Shown here: one piece after another, positions 40,267 through 51,486 of the stretch
How the letters are laid out: every line of letters begins with the position of its first letter
Numbering within the stretch: the stretch's first letter is position 1
DNA from: Schizochytrium sp. TIO01
Taxonomy: Eukaryota; Protista; Bigyra: Labyrinthulomycetes
Assembly: GCA_004764695.1 (NCBI GenBank)
Contig: SMSO01000031.1
Location: forward strand, 596,436-660,435
Reading direction: 5' to 3'
DNA length: 64,000 bases
The notes under the pieces: generated by a model
What the model was told of the DNA's origin: nothing
Database searches by the model: none
The model's input: only the letters and a program-made list of their open reading frames with translations
Translations under genes and position numbers: made by a program

Positions 40267-41712
40267 ATGAGTAAGCTTTCTGTGCTACGCAAGATTGGAG
40301 AGAGCAGCAGGCACAATGTCACGCAACAACCACCTCTGAGTCTCGCGGTCTCAAATTCCACTCCGTATGCTCTTCAAGAAGGAGAGCACAAAGGTTTGGA
40401 CAAACTCATCGAAGCGATTGATGGGACTCACGCTGCAGAACCCGAAGCAGAGGTTCCACAGCGCTGGATTGAAGCTTGCGAGGGCGATGAGGACACTGCA
40501 AGAGTTTCGTGGGAAAACATGGCACGTTTCAGGGAGTCCCATAAGCTAGATACTATTCTCGACCGTGAACAGAAAGACTTTTTTGTGATTAAGAAACTGT
40601 ATCCCCAATTTTGGCTTGGGCAGGACCCCGAGGGCAACCTTGTTACTCTTGAGCTATTACGTGACACGCGAAACATCATCAAGGCATTACGCCATGCTGG
40701 CATTTCTTCAGACCGTTTCGCACGACACCAAATGTTTCTCACTGAGTTCTGGATCAGAAAAAGCCTCTCCCGATCCGGCCGGATAGTCCGCATTATTGAC
40801 GTTCAGAATACCCCCATATTTGCCCAGGTATTTGGCAGCGTGCGCCAATACTTTGGTGCAGCAATGGTCGCACTTTCAAATTATCCGGGAATTACATCTC
40901 AAATCTACTTTGTAAATGCTTCACGGTCATTCCGCCTTGCTTGGTCGCTCATGTCGGGCTTTCTTGATGAACAGACTCGCGCATCTGTAATAATCCTTAA
41001 TAAAGCTTCCGAACTACCCAGGGATATTCTCCCAGATGTTTTCGCTGGGAAATTGACCAGTGAGTTAGAGCATGTTGGGATTGAAGCCATGCTCAGTAAG
41101 TATGTGAGACATCTCAATTCCCAGTTTCAGTCGCAGGGTGGTCCACGTGCTGGTGAAGATATCGAAGATCACGAGCCTGCTGTTATTTCGACGGCAGAGC
41201 AACTCATGAATATTCTCCCTGGCTCATGGACACTTCTTGATATTGAAAGTGAGCCTATGACACCTATCTGGAAAGCTGCTGGCGTGCCATTTGTGGCTCG
41301 CACAGCGCTCTCTATGCTTACAATATACGAAACCATCCAGCTGGATCGAAACGTTGTTACCTTAACAACCTGGGCTGGACCTGTATTTTATAAAGTAGCA
41401 CAAGCAGTACTCGCAGACCTCGAATCGGGATCTGACTCTACTTCGTATGTTGATTCGCATATACCTGACCAGACGGGAAAGGATCCCCAAATTTCAATGG
41501 AAGTCGTCTCAAGACCGAGTGACCTTGTAGATGCGGCCTGTAGTCCCTGTCTTTGCGTGACATATACGTTTGAAAATGGTGACGTGATGTCACAGTATCA
41601 TGCTGTGTATCGCTTTTCAAAAGATCAAAAGGTGACTTACAATCGTTATCGAAAGAAAGGTGGCAAGACGGAGACATGCTTACTTCTGCTCTCCAAGAAA
41701 TCAGCAAAGTAG
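40267..41712 (+). CDS. CRAL-TRIO (Sec14-like) protein with C-terminal FABP/lipocalin-like domain, short paralog
   Basis: ORF 40225-41712, first ATG 40267. Sec14-like motifs YPQFWLGQDPEGNLVTLE, RIIDVQN, NYPGITSQIYFVNASRSFRLAWSLMSGFLDEQTR, ILPDVFAG. C-terminal GSWTLLDIESEPMTPIWKAAGVPFVAR resembles the FABP N-terminus. Confidence 0.85.
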   Translation: MSKLSVLRKIGESSRHNVTQQPPLSLAVSNSTPYALQEGEHKGLDKLIEAIDGTHAAEPEAEVPQRWIEACEGDEDTARVSWENMARFRESHKLDTILDREQKDFFVIKKLYPQFWLGQDPEGNLVTLELLRDTRNIIKALRHAGISSDRFARHQMFLTEFWIRKSLSRSGRIVRIIDVQNTPIFAQVFGSVRQYFGAAMVALSNYPGITSQIYFVNASRSFRLAWSLMSGFLDEQTRASVIILNKASELPRDILPDVFAGKLTSELEHVGIEAMLSKYVRHLNSQFQSQGGPRAGEDIEDHEPAVISTAEQLMNILPGSWTLLDIESEPMTPIWKAAGVPFVARTALSMLTIYETIQLDRNVVTLTTWAGPVFYKVAQAVLADLESGSDSTSYVDSHIPDQTGKDPQISMEVVSRPSDLVDAACSPCLCVTYTFENGDVMSQYHAVYRFSKDQKVTYNRYRKKGGKTETCLLLLSKKSAK

Positions 41713-42838
41713 ATGGTGGCAGCCATCAGAAATGTAGAGCTGACTAGCTACCATGGAATGGAACCAGCCTGGAGAAGTCTCTCATGCTTTTAGCTTCATT
41801 TCATGAGTAGAGATCCACTTCGAATCGCAGGATGCCATGAATGAAGTTGAAGACTCTTTACGCAACTCGTAGCATATGCAGATTGTGAATTAATTATCAC
41901 GATCTCTCTGACTTTTAAAACATTTTTCCTTCAATTATATTTCTCTCTATTTTTCTCAAATAATGCTCTGCAATAGATTAGCTTTCATGGCTGAGAGGTC
42001 CAATCTTCGAGATGATATTCTTGAAGTTGTTTCAGATAAACTTGATTGGTTAAAGAGTACGATTTAGCGTATTCACTTTATTTGCAAAGATAATCAATAT
42101 TATGATGTAAATAGCTCTTAAATCTTATATGCATGTAAATCCCCTTTGTTATTGAGCATTGATTCGCTCAGACAGCAAGCTATTGACTATCGGGGAACAG
42201 CAAGAAAATGATCTTAGGTTTGTATATGATTGACTTAGCAGTTGATACACTAAAAAATTTGAGCATATGCCTGAGAAGTAAAGATCACAAGGCTGGAGCA
42301 ACACTGAAGATAGTAAATTTCTTTGCCTAGTACAATTCACACAAACACTACTCCTATATTCATTGCATCCTATACTCCACGTTGAATTTTACGCGCGACA
42401 CTATGTTGAAGCTCTGTGCGCTGAAGCAATCAATACAGATATCCAGATGTAAATCTTTAGGGAATCCTATTAAAAATATTCATTGTCACCCGAGTCCTCA
42501 TCACACGCAATGACATTTGAACGGATTTGCTTTACCAAGATTTACAGAGTTTGACCATTTGACCGGGTTGGTTTCTGTACAGTATTTCGTCTCTTCTATA
42601 CACTTAAAAGCTATACGTTCATTCAAAGTACGTGGTTTCGCTCAGTTCTAGCATATCAAGAGTAAGAGAATGCTGTTGCATCTGTTTGAAAGAATATGGA
42701 AGGAGAAGGTTTTTCGGTCTTCATCGTTTTGGCTTGATGAGGTTTTACAATAAATAACCAGAAAGATAGCAATTATCAACTTTATTTAGTAAATCATATG
42801 GAAAGAGCTCATACATGGACACGAAGTGTCTAGCGTAT

Positions 42839-44981
42839 TTACAGGAATACAAATTCATCGTCTGCTTCACCTTCAGATGCGGTTTCCATTCCTTCATCAT
42901 CATCATCATCATCATTTTTCTTGCCGCTGTTGGTTCCAATGTTGTTAATTTGCTGCCCATGTTGGTGCTGATGATTTCGAGATTTCCCCTGTTGGTCTGT
43001 AGACTTTCTCCGTGGAGTCCTGCTATTTGCTTGAGACTTGAAAGCTTCCTTTCCGTCAGAGTTTTTGGCAACAGCAGTAATTTGCGAAGCTCCACTGCTA
43101 ATCGCATCACTATTACTAGGAAAGTCTTCGTCTTCGTCAATATTAACTTCATCATCGCTGAGATCGCTATCAACGTCCTCTTCCTCATCCTCAACATCGT
43201 ACTCATCATCGTACTCATCATCGTCCTCTTCCTCATCCTCATCATCAAGATTATCATACTTTGGCCTAGTTTCTTCAACTGAGACAAATGGAAGGCCAAG
43301 CGTATGAAATTGGCCAAGTCTGCCAACCAGGTCAGCAAGGTCTTCAGCAGACCGAACATAAAACCCCACAGCGAGAGAAGGATCAATAGCTTTGGCTGAA
43401 ATAACTCTGGGAGATTGGCAGTGATAGGATTCCACTGTATCTTGGTAAGGAAAAAACTCATCGTCGCACTCCTGCTCGGTAGCGGCAGGTTGGACGGTGT
43501 GGGGGTCGAGATACAGTAAATTATGCCCTTGCGAGCCAATAAAATAGAGTGAATGAGCAGGACGGCCGCCAATCATCCCCACACATTGTGGAAGCTTGAG
43601 TGTTTCGATGAGAGGTACGATGTAGTCTTCATTGATGGTGTGTAAGCCTAGACGGACAGGTATGATGAGGAAAAGAGCCGACTTCCACTTTGGCCCACGG
43701 CGAGGGCGGAGCATGGGGTCGTCCAACGACGGCAAGCTATCATCCTGAAGAGTTTCGTTATGCTTGGTAGCCCCTTTCAAGGAAGAACCGTTTGCAGGAT
43801 CGGAGGCTTCCGGGTCAAGCTGCTCACAAAGTCGGCGCAACTCCTCTAAATAAATGGTTCCATCGTCAGAAATGTATACAGATACGTCCTGCTGAGAGGA
43901 GAACGAGCGTAGTGAGTGATAGTCGCGGTCAAGAAAACTTGGCTGTACGCGCGGTTCACCGCTGGAGGTCTTCTCAGGTACACGGAGGCTGTGGGAGCTA
44001 ACAAGCTCCCGCAGAACCAGAGCAACAGTGTTCGGGCCATACCACTCGCCAGGTTGCTTACCGTATTGCCTGCCACACTCGGTCATGCGATGGATAGAGT
44101 AAAATGCAAAGTACTTCGGAGCATCAATGAACCACCTCAACAGGTTTCTGTGAGCATTGGATGCAGGTTTGTGTCTGCCATATTCATCAGCCCCCAAGTG
44201 CCTCACTAAGGTCTCTGCAAGCATCATTTGTGCACTTCGTCAGCATACAGCCCCACCCGCTGTCTGTTGTAAACGAAGACGGAGGTTTCATGGGCCTAAA
44301 CCCACGTCGGTATGTCATCCAGACTACCGATCTGAAGGCTGCCATGAACTGCCCCCATTCGCTCTTTGATATTTGCTCCTCCTCATCATTGTCCACAACC
44401 TCGCAGTCATCAACACCATCATCGCCCCCTGTAAGAGTCTCTTGATCGTGTGCATCTACAAACCCATCTTTCACCACAAGCATTTTGGGTGTTTTTTTCG
44501 GAACCCTACCTCGACCAGGTTCAAAGTCTGCCTCACCCATTTCACTTTTAGACCCTCGCGAAGCACCTCGTTGATCTTTGGTTCTTGTTGATTTACCTTG
44601 GGAGTGGAGATCCCGTCTTTGATGCGAGTTTTGCTGCCGATCTTGCCTTCGACTAGGTTGGAACTCCTTTTGTTCAAGAGCTCGAGCACGTTGCTTCTCT
44701 GCAGCATCTTCTGAGCCTTGCGCTGCAGGCATGTCTGCGACTTCGAAGGATCTGTGAAAGAGGAATATTGTTGCCGCATCTTCACCTCTTAGCGGAGCGT
44801 GTCCGAGTTGGGCGCCGAGCATAGTAGCGATGCCCTCCACAGTCTGCCGAGCGCGGTACAGCGATTCCAGCACCCAAGCCTGCCGCAAGCTCACCGTCGG
44901 CGCTGCGGCCGCGCCGCCGCGCCCACCCGATGATCCCCAGATCTTGCTGCTGCAACAAGATCCAGCTCTGTCGCGGGCCAC
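42839..44981 (-). CDS. ATG4: Cysteine protease ATG4 (peptidase C54) with an apparent +1 frameshift at 44240; start codon uncertain
   Basis: VWMTYRRGF and TTDSGWGCML in ORF 44187-44981 continue as RSAQMMLAETL in ORF 42839-44227 after skipping one A. Downstream: YSIHRM, PGEWYGP, PVRLG, PQCVGMIGGRPAHSLYFIG, YLDPH, SYHC, IDPSLAVGFY, acidic tail ending in LIR-like DEFVFL. Confidence 0.92.
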
Positions 44982-45880
44982 GATCCCGCCAATCCAATCG
45001 AAGCGGTTCTCAACTGCACAGAATTCGATCGAAGAGAGAGCATTCCCAGAAATTTATCGACCTTCTTCAATAGACCCCTTATTTTAATTAGACCTATTTC
45101 ATTTGGGTCACTTTCCCCGTTCTTCTTTTTTCTCAGCTTGCTCATATCTCTCTCCTTCAGCCTCGTTCTGCTTTCGTTCTTTGACCATGGTGTTCCTGAC
45201 AGAGAGAACACGCTATAGACCTCTTTTGAATCCATAGGAGTTGCTTAATAGTAATTAAGGCCGGGGAAACGCTTGCAGTGGTGTATCTAAGATATAATAC
45301 AAGTATGTGGTGTGAATACTATATAACCATGAGAGAGTGGAGTAAGGTGAGGGGAAAAGTGGGTTTTATCTAAGCATATAGAGGGCTATCTGAATTGCAA
45401 TACGAGTAGTTTAAAATAGTATTTAGTTAAAATATAGGATGAGGAGTGAATAGGGTTATCTGATTAGCATGTTCTGTTCTGGTTTGTTAAAAAGTAGAAG
45501 CAAACAGAAACAAAGGGGGTAACAAGGAGGAGCCGAAGGAGAAGAAAGAGTTGCAGGAGCAAAAGACAAAAGACGCTGAGGAGAAGCTGCCACGTAACGG
45601 TGGGCGGAAAGGAAAATCGCAGCTGCTGGCGGAAAGAACCTCATTAGGACTAGCCTCGATCTCAGGATAAGGGAGTTCCACCGCTGCTACTGCTGCTTTT
45701 GCTGTTGCTGGTGGAAGGGGCGGGTAATCTGACCAGTTTTGGCTGACAAGTACTGTAAAACTTGGTTGTGGTAGAGCACTACGTTCTGTATAGGCATTGG
45801 ATCGCTGCGGAAACGAGGGTTTAACAAGGACCTCTGTTTTACTTTGCAGTGAAACGTGTATCAGGTACAAACCCCCAAAG

Positions 45881-46793
45881 ATGCCGTTCTATGGATCCCA
45901 GGAATGGGACCCGAAGCTTATTGTTGCTCAAATTGTTGCTTTGCAAGTACGTTTACCAAATGAGTCCATAGTTTATTTCTGCATTTCAATTTTGATGTTA
46001 TCGGCAGTCAGACTAACATTTCTTTGTTCTTCATTGTCTTTGAAAAAATGTGGTGCTTTTTCAGTGTCTTTCGTACATTACCTACGGCATGCTTCTGAGT
46101 CTTTTCCATACGCTCTTCGGCACAGCATTCACGCTTGAGCAAGTAAGTCATTAGAATGAACGATGGTCAGGATATCAATCTCTCTGCATTGAAAACTCAC
46201 AAACAGCTCGACGCTTACATGTATGGAAAATTATCAAAATATAGTTCTTTGGTTATCAATCCGTTGATGCAGGGGCACCAACGGGCTGGGTAGTGATCCT
46301 TTCATCCCTTTCTAACGCAGTCGTAAGGTAAGTAATCGATCAGGTTTTGGAAAGAAACACTTTCCTTCGTGTGAGTAAATACTGACATTATTTATCTGAA
46401 TACGACGATTCTCATTTTTGTCATGTAGCGCTGTTTTCCTGTCTCTAATTGTGGAGAGGGCCAAAAAGTGCCTTGACTTTGCCTTCACAAATCATGTTCT
46501 TCACCTCATCTTTTGCACATTGTACGAAAGTTTTCCTTCCAACTGGGAATGGTGGGTCTTAGACGTAGCTTCTATGATTATCTTAGCCGTCGTTGGTAAG
46601 TTTCCCGTGCTGCGTTATTGAATACAAATAAATGGCTTGACGTTACAGCTGACTAACTATGTCATACTTTAATACTGTGCTTTCCCTTATATCTTGGGCG
46701 TTCATAGGCGAGTACCTGTGTATGAGGAGAGAATTGCGGGAGATTCGTATCAGTGATTTCCTTAGCACAAGGAACCCTTCCTCAACTGTTTAA
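45881..46793 (+). CDS. SYS1: Golgi integral membrane protein SYS1; exons 45881-45946, 46065-46142, 46245-46327, 46429-46595, 46708-46793
   Basis: Manual splicing with GT...AG introns keeps the frame and gives MPFYGSQEWDPKLIVAQIVALQ...IVERAKKCLDFAFT...FPSNWEWW...GEYLCMRRELREI, the SYS1 signature motifs. Confidence 0.93.
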
Positions 46794-46860
46794 GAATAGT
46801 TGGGTTATATCAAGATGCTTGTTTTTGTGCTCGTCTTCCTTAGGAAGAGAAAGGCAACCA

Positions 46861-48138
46861 TTATGCTCCACTCCCCTTAGCTGACGCTATCGAGTAAATA
46901 TTTCTTCCTTGACGGTGCATAGTCAAAGGCGCAGTTTCTCCTGCAAAGAGACTGCCCACGCCAGCACCAAGAATGATTATGGAAAATACAAACACTAGCA
47001 TCCTTGGCTTATATGTGGTGTCAATATTCTATAGGTAGAAAACACACAGCCGCAGCAATAATGAATCAATAGCAAACCATATTACAAATCGGCAACGCCG
47101 GGAGGATACATGATTGGTCCAGTTGCGGCAAAAAGGGAGTGGGGAATGTGTATTCGAGATTGCCCCCGGAAGTATTCATTGATATATAGATTGAGTCCGT
47201 TTCATCACAATATTATCAGAGTAACACTCCATCCAAACAGTTCGTTAGTGAAATAGTTTCTCCAGGTTTAAATCTGTCTTCTGCACATGGTGCAATGAAT
47301 TTCACATAAAGAATTCGACTTGTCAAGCAACTAGCTTATTAGCGGGCCAGCCAAGAATATATTTCTTATTCGATAATGAATTTGGCATATGAATCGCTCT
47401 GTGTATTTTCTTGTTTTCCAAGACAACACCAAAGAATTTTTCGTGTTTTTCGATATCTATGTTGAAACCTACATCTTTATCCAAAATTTGAGAAGTATCT
47501 GTCACATAAGAAGTCATCGAGAAAAACAACGCTGGGATCACGATAAGAGCAACAGCTCCAGCTCTGTATACAATTCAATCAACAACAACAACAAAAAAGT
47601 CAGAAAGCGTAATGTCATGGGTTTGGGAAGGCCTCGTTAGCCCTCAATCTCTCAAAAAAGTCAAAACATGGTGCCTGCTGAACTTACTGCATTGCGCGTC
47701 GAGGGCCAGGCTTGTCGATAAAGCTAGGTTTGAGGTAAAGCAAGAAAACGAAAGGTCAGGTTAGCACGTAGCTAGGAAATATACCGATAACCTGAGAATG
47801 AACTTACCCTGAGAAGAAACATAATAGAATCACAGCTGCGAGTAAGCAAATGACAACAAATAGCGCTGGACCCAAATTTCCTATCCTCGAGTTCTCTGAT
47901 GTGATTCTGCGAGCCGTATTGCAGGTAAATTAACAAGCAAGTTAGCAAAGACTACCATGAATCCCCCATTGCTGCGCTGTCAGTGTGTTTTGCAACAACA
48001 TTCCCCTTCGTAAGACCACTTAACAACTTTGTGGCTCGCCCGGACAACTTACGCTTCAAGACGCCTTTGTAACTCCCACGAGCCCGCTTCCGCTAAACCT
48101 GCCTCTGTGGCCCTCAAGAAGATGCTCTTCGCCGTCAT
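46861..48138 (-). CDS. Small three-TM protein resembling TMEM218; exons 48138-48053, 47906-47808, 47723-47688, 47563-47473, 47028-46861
   Basis: Three GTAAGT donors and one GTAGGT donor, YAG acceptors, CTAAC branch points in introns 1-3, all phases compatible. Product about 160 aa: ...RIGNLGPALFVVICLLAAVILLCFFSG...AGAVALIVIPALFFSM...NIDTTYKPRMLVFVFSIIILGAGVGSLF. Layout matches TMEM218 by eye; gene model is more certain than the family call. Confidence 0.75.
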
Positions 48139-48449
48139 CCTGCAAAGTATAGACAGCCTCCGGCGTGACAGTGCCTGAGCAACTTCGAACTACTGAGGTG
48201 CCGCAGACTCCCAGGTATAGGATTGTACGCATGCACAAGGTGCTGGCTGTCCCAGGAGTAGTCTTATTTGGTCATCGTCAACGGCTTCGTACCTTCCGTC
48301 TCATGACTTCCTTTCAACTTATAGAAATAGAATGGGTTAGTAGGTAGGTAGAACCAAATTAAAAAATAAACAGAAAACCCTACCTACTGTACCTATGCGA
48401 ATCTTAGAACTTTTACACTGTCTATAACTAATATATTATAATGATGTAG

Positions 48450-48484
<35 letters not shown>

Positions 48485-49742
48485 CTGATTTAAAGGAGAA
48501 GTATAGGTTAGGTAAGAAAATGGAATGGCCGTGCAGCAAGTCCAGACGCATCCGCCATCTACAAAGACATCAGTAGCAGGGCCAACTTCAGCAGGTCGGG
48601 CTTGTGCGCCCTACTGGACTACTGAGATTCACCGTCAGCTTACACTTTGGCTCTGTGAAAACTATGCTACTATCCTTTCGCATAAATCTGAAACCTCAAA
48701 AAGTCAACAAGCCGAATCAAACTAGACAGCTCGACTGATGTGTCGTTCGTTAGCCTCTGACAAGCGCCAATTCGCAACGCCGAGCTCGTTTCCTGCCAGT
48801 GATGTAAACGTGGTTATTTGCCTAGATGATTACACCTCAAAACCACGTATTGAATGTGTCATTCACTACAATCTCGGAACATCCAAATGCCCCTTTAAAA
48901 TGCAAATACGTAGCCGATCGTGATGTATCTACGCCGCCAAAGGCATCCTTTCGCGCTACTTATCCAAGGACATGATTTGAGATTTGTTTTTGACTTGCAG
49001 AGTAGTTTTTACCCGCGAGCGGGCCTTTGCCCCACATTTTCACCTTTGGAAATGCAAGTTTTACAAATTCTATAGATTAGTCTCTCAGTGAAAGAAAAAA
49101 ATAAGAAATAAAATTAATCAATTGTACGTGCTTTTAGCTTCTAGTTTTCTTCCTTTTCACGAGGTAAAATGGTATTTGCTTGAATCTTTCAATATAAGCA
49201 AAACAATTTCCCGTATCATAGTGCTACTATGATAGCTCGGCAGATCATACAGTACCTAGCTAGAGTTAGTTCTCCGAGGACCTGCAATGTTTATCTTCTT
49301 TTCGTTATTATGATTTTTTGAGGGTAGGCCTATATTTTTTTAACTTTTTTAATTATAATTAAAACAAACTAACTCCTATTGTTTGTTGCTTTTGGAATTC
49401 TTGAGGTGGTACAAGGTTCCTACCTACCATGGTAAGCAACCTTACGTTAGAGTTGATTAAAAAATAACTTGTTTTTGCTTTGCGATCAATACCCTACCTC
49501 CACGCCGACGTCGAGAAGTACCAGCAAATCTGAATCTCAATCAAAGTAATTGGACGAAGCGTTGGACTTGGTTTGTGCAACACAAGTTACAACTGAAGAG
49601 AATATACTTCGTAGGACTCTTCAGCAACAAAGGGAGCTGACGGAGCTGGAGTTATCGGGGCTAGCTTTGCAAGACCGATCGTTTGAAGGTCCGTCTTCAA
49701 GGGTCGCGGGTTTATGTTCTATTACTGGCGTAGTACGAATCA

Positions 49743-50894
49743 ATGAAAGGCGACATAGAAAAGCCTGTCGAGTCAAGACCTTCGTTGCCAGCTGGGTTCA
49801 TGATGAGAATTGCGCAGAGCTCGAAAGGCCTCTACATGGTGCTCATCTTGCTCCTGTGTATCACAGTCTGGCTTATGGTGAACACTGAATCGTTGCTCAC
49901 GGACAAGCTAACGTCCAGCAGGAAGAAGCATGTTGGTCATGCAGAATCAATGAGCCAAAGTCAACTTTCAAAATTGAGTGACGAATCCTTACATGTACCT
50001 AAACAGGACAGCAGTGAATACACAGGGAATTCGGACTTGGATGCTCACGCATTATTACCCATGGACTTAGAGACAGATGAGAACCTTGAAGCAATGCTTG
50101 CAAAAATGCTACGCGTAGAAGACTTACCGTCACCAAACTCATGGTCATCTGGACGCCACTTGATTGTTTCGTACTACGAAGGCAGCTATCAGGCAAATCG
50201 TATTCAAGAACTTCGTGATATCCTCTGGACAAATCTCGCCAATGAACACCTGACAGCTGTTCATGTCATCCTTGACAGCATAGACATGGAAAACGATTAC
50301 ATTCAGAATGTCTCGCAAACATTCCAACACAAACTAATCCTTGTGAGGATGAACCCAGGGGTAAGCCAGCCAACGTATGCGTGTCTCTTCGGCTATGCAA
50401 ACCGTGTTTTGAGCCGCGGATCCATTGGGATTATTAGTAACTCTGATATCATTATTGGAAATAGTATTAAATGTACGCGAGAGGTAACTCCTGCCAGCAG
50501 CGTTGTGTACAACCAAACTGAACGGCGTTTAGTTCTAGCCCTTAGTCGCCATCCTGCACCTTGCGGGGCCCGTAAAGGGGAGTATGACGAATGTTTTGGG
50601 TATCGTGGCAGCCATGATACCTTCATTTTTGCCCCCCCGCTTTCTCCAAGTATGATTAGTCGGCTTGATTTTGTACAAAACCGTCTTGGAGCTGAAAACC
50701 GCCTCCTTGCCGAAATGAGAGACAAAGCCGGTTACCGTGTTGCAAATCCGTGTGGTACAATTAAAGTCACTCATCTTCACTGTGCTAAAAATAGTCGCCA
50801 CATCCCCTTGAAACGTATTGCTCGATCAGGTGATGGTCTTTATGCGTCTATCAACCCTTCTAAAGTTTTCAAATGTGGCGACAAGATTTATTAA
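49743..50894 (+). CDS. Type II membrane protein, putative GT-A-like glycosyltransferase of an uncharacterised family
   Basis: 383 aa intronless ORF with N-terminal TM (LYMVLILLLCITVWLMV), stem, and motifs NLANEHLTAVHV, PTYACLFGYAN, IISNSDI, LALSR, SHDTFIF, GAENRL, NPCGTIKVTHLH. Confidence 0.7.
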   Translation: MKGDIEKPVESRPSLPAGFMMRIAQSSKGLYMVLILLLCITVWLMVNTESLLTDKLTSSRKKHVGHAESMSQSQLSKLSDESLHVPKQDSSEYTGNSDLDAHALLPMDLETDENLEAMLAKMLRVEDLPSPNSWSSGRHLIVSYYEGSYQANRIQELRDILWTNLANEHLTAVHVILDSIDMENDYIQNVSQTFQHKLILVRMNPGVSQPTYACLFGYANRVLSRGSIGIISNSDIIIGNSIKCTREVTPASSVVYNQTERRLVLALSRHPAPCGARKGEYDECFGYRGSHDTFIFAPPLSPSMISRLDFVQNRLGAENRLLAEMRDKAGYRVANPCGTIKVTHLHCAKNSRHIPLKRIARSGDGLYASINPSKVFKCGDKIY

Positions 50895-51486
50895 TTGTAT
50901 GCTTAACTTCATAATTGCAAACGGCCTCATAATCATTATGTGCTAAAGTGCTGAATTTTTATTTGTTTGGATAAAGTCAAGTCGTACATGCAAGCAATAA
51001 ATGGGCATTAAATACTATTATCTATTAAAAAATAATCCACCTTGGCAGGTCTCATTTTTGAATACATTGAATACATTTCACGTAGTAAGACTAGAGCCCC
51101 GACAGAACATGAAAGTGATGCAGAAGGACACTCGTATTTAATTTTAAAATCGATAATTATATAGGCCTATTGATTAAAATAAAATATACATAACAAGCAA
51201 ACAAACAAAAACCAACCAAGGGTCTTTCGGGACCCGATCCTGGCGCTGCTCAAGTCGTCTTTATAAAACGCAAAGAATATTTATTTGTTTGCTGGTGAAT
51301 TTAACAAAGCCCGTTTTTTGTTTGCTTGTTTGAATATTGTGATAGCAAAGACCTTACGTGGTTAATGCACATGCTAGTATTTAAATCATTTAGATCAATG
51401 AAAGAAAGAAAAGAAGAAAAGAAATTTATGTCTTGAGTAATGATTTAAAAAATTAAAAGAACATGGAAAGAGTAGCTCTTTCCTCA

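Noticed and set aside
42745-43572. 275-aa alternative-frame ORF over the ATG4 3' half
   Set aside because: Off-frame translation of GAT/GAG acidic repeats.
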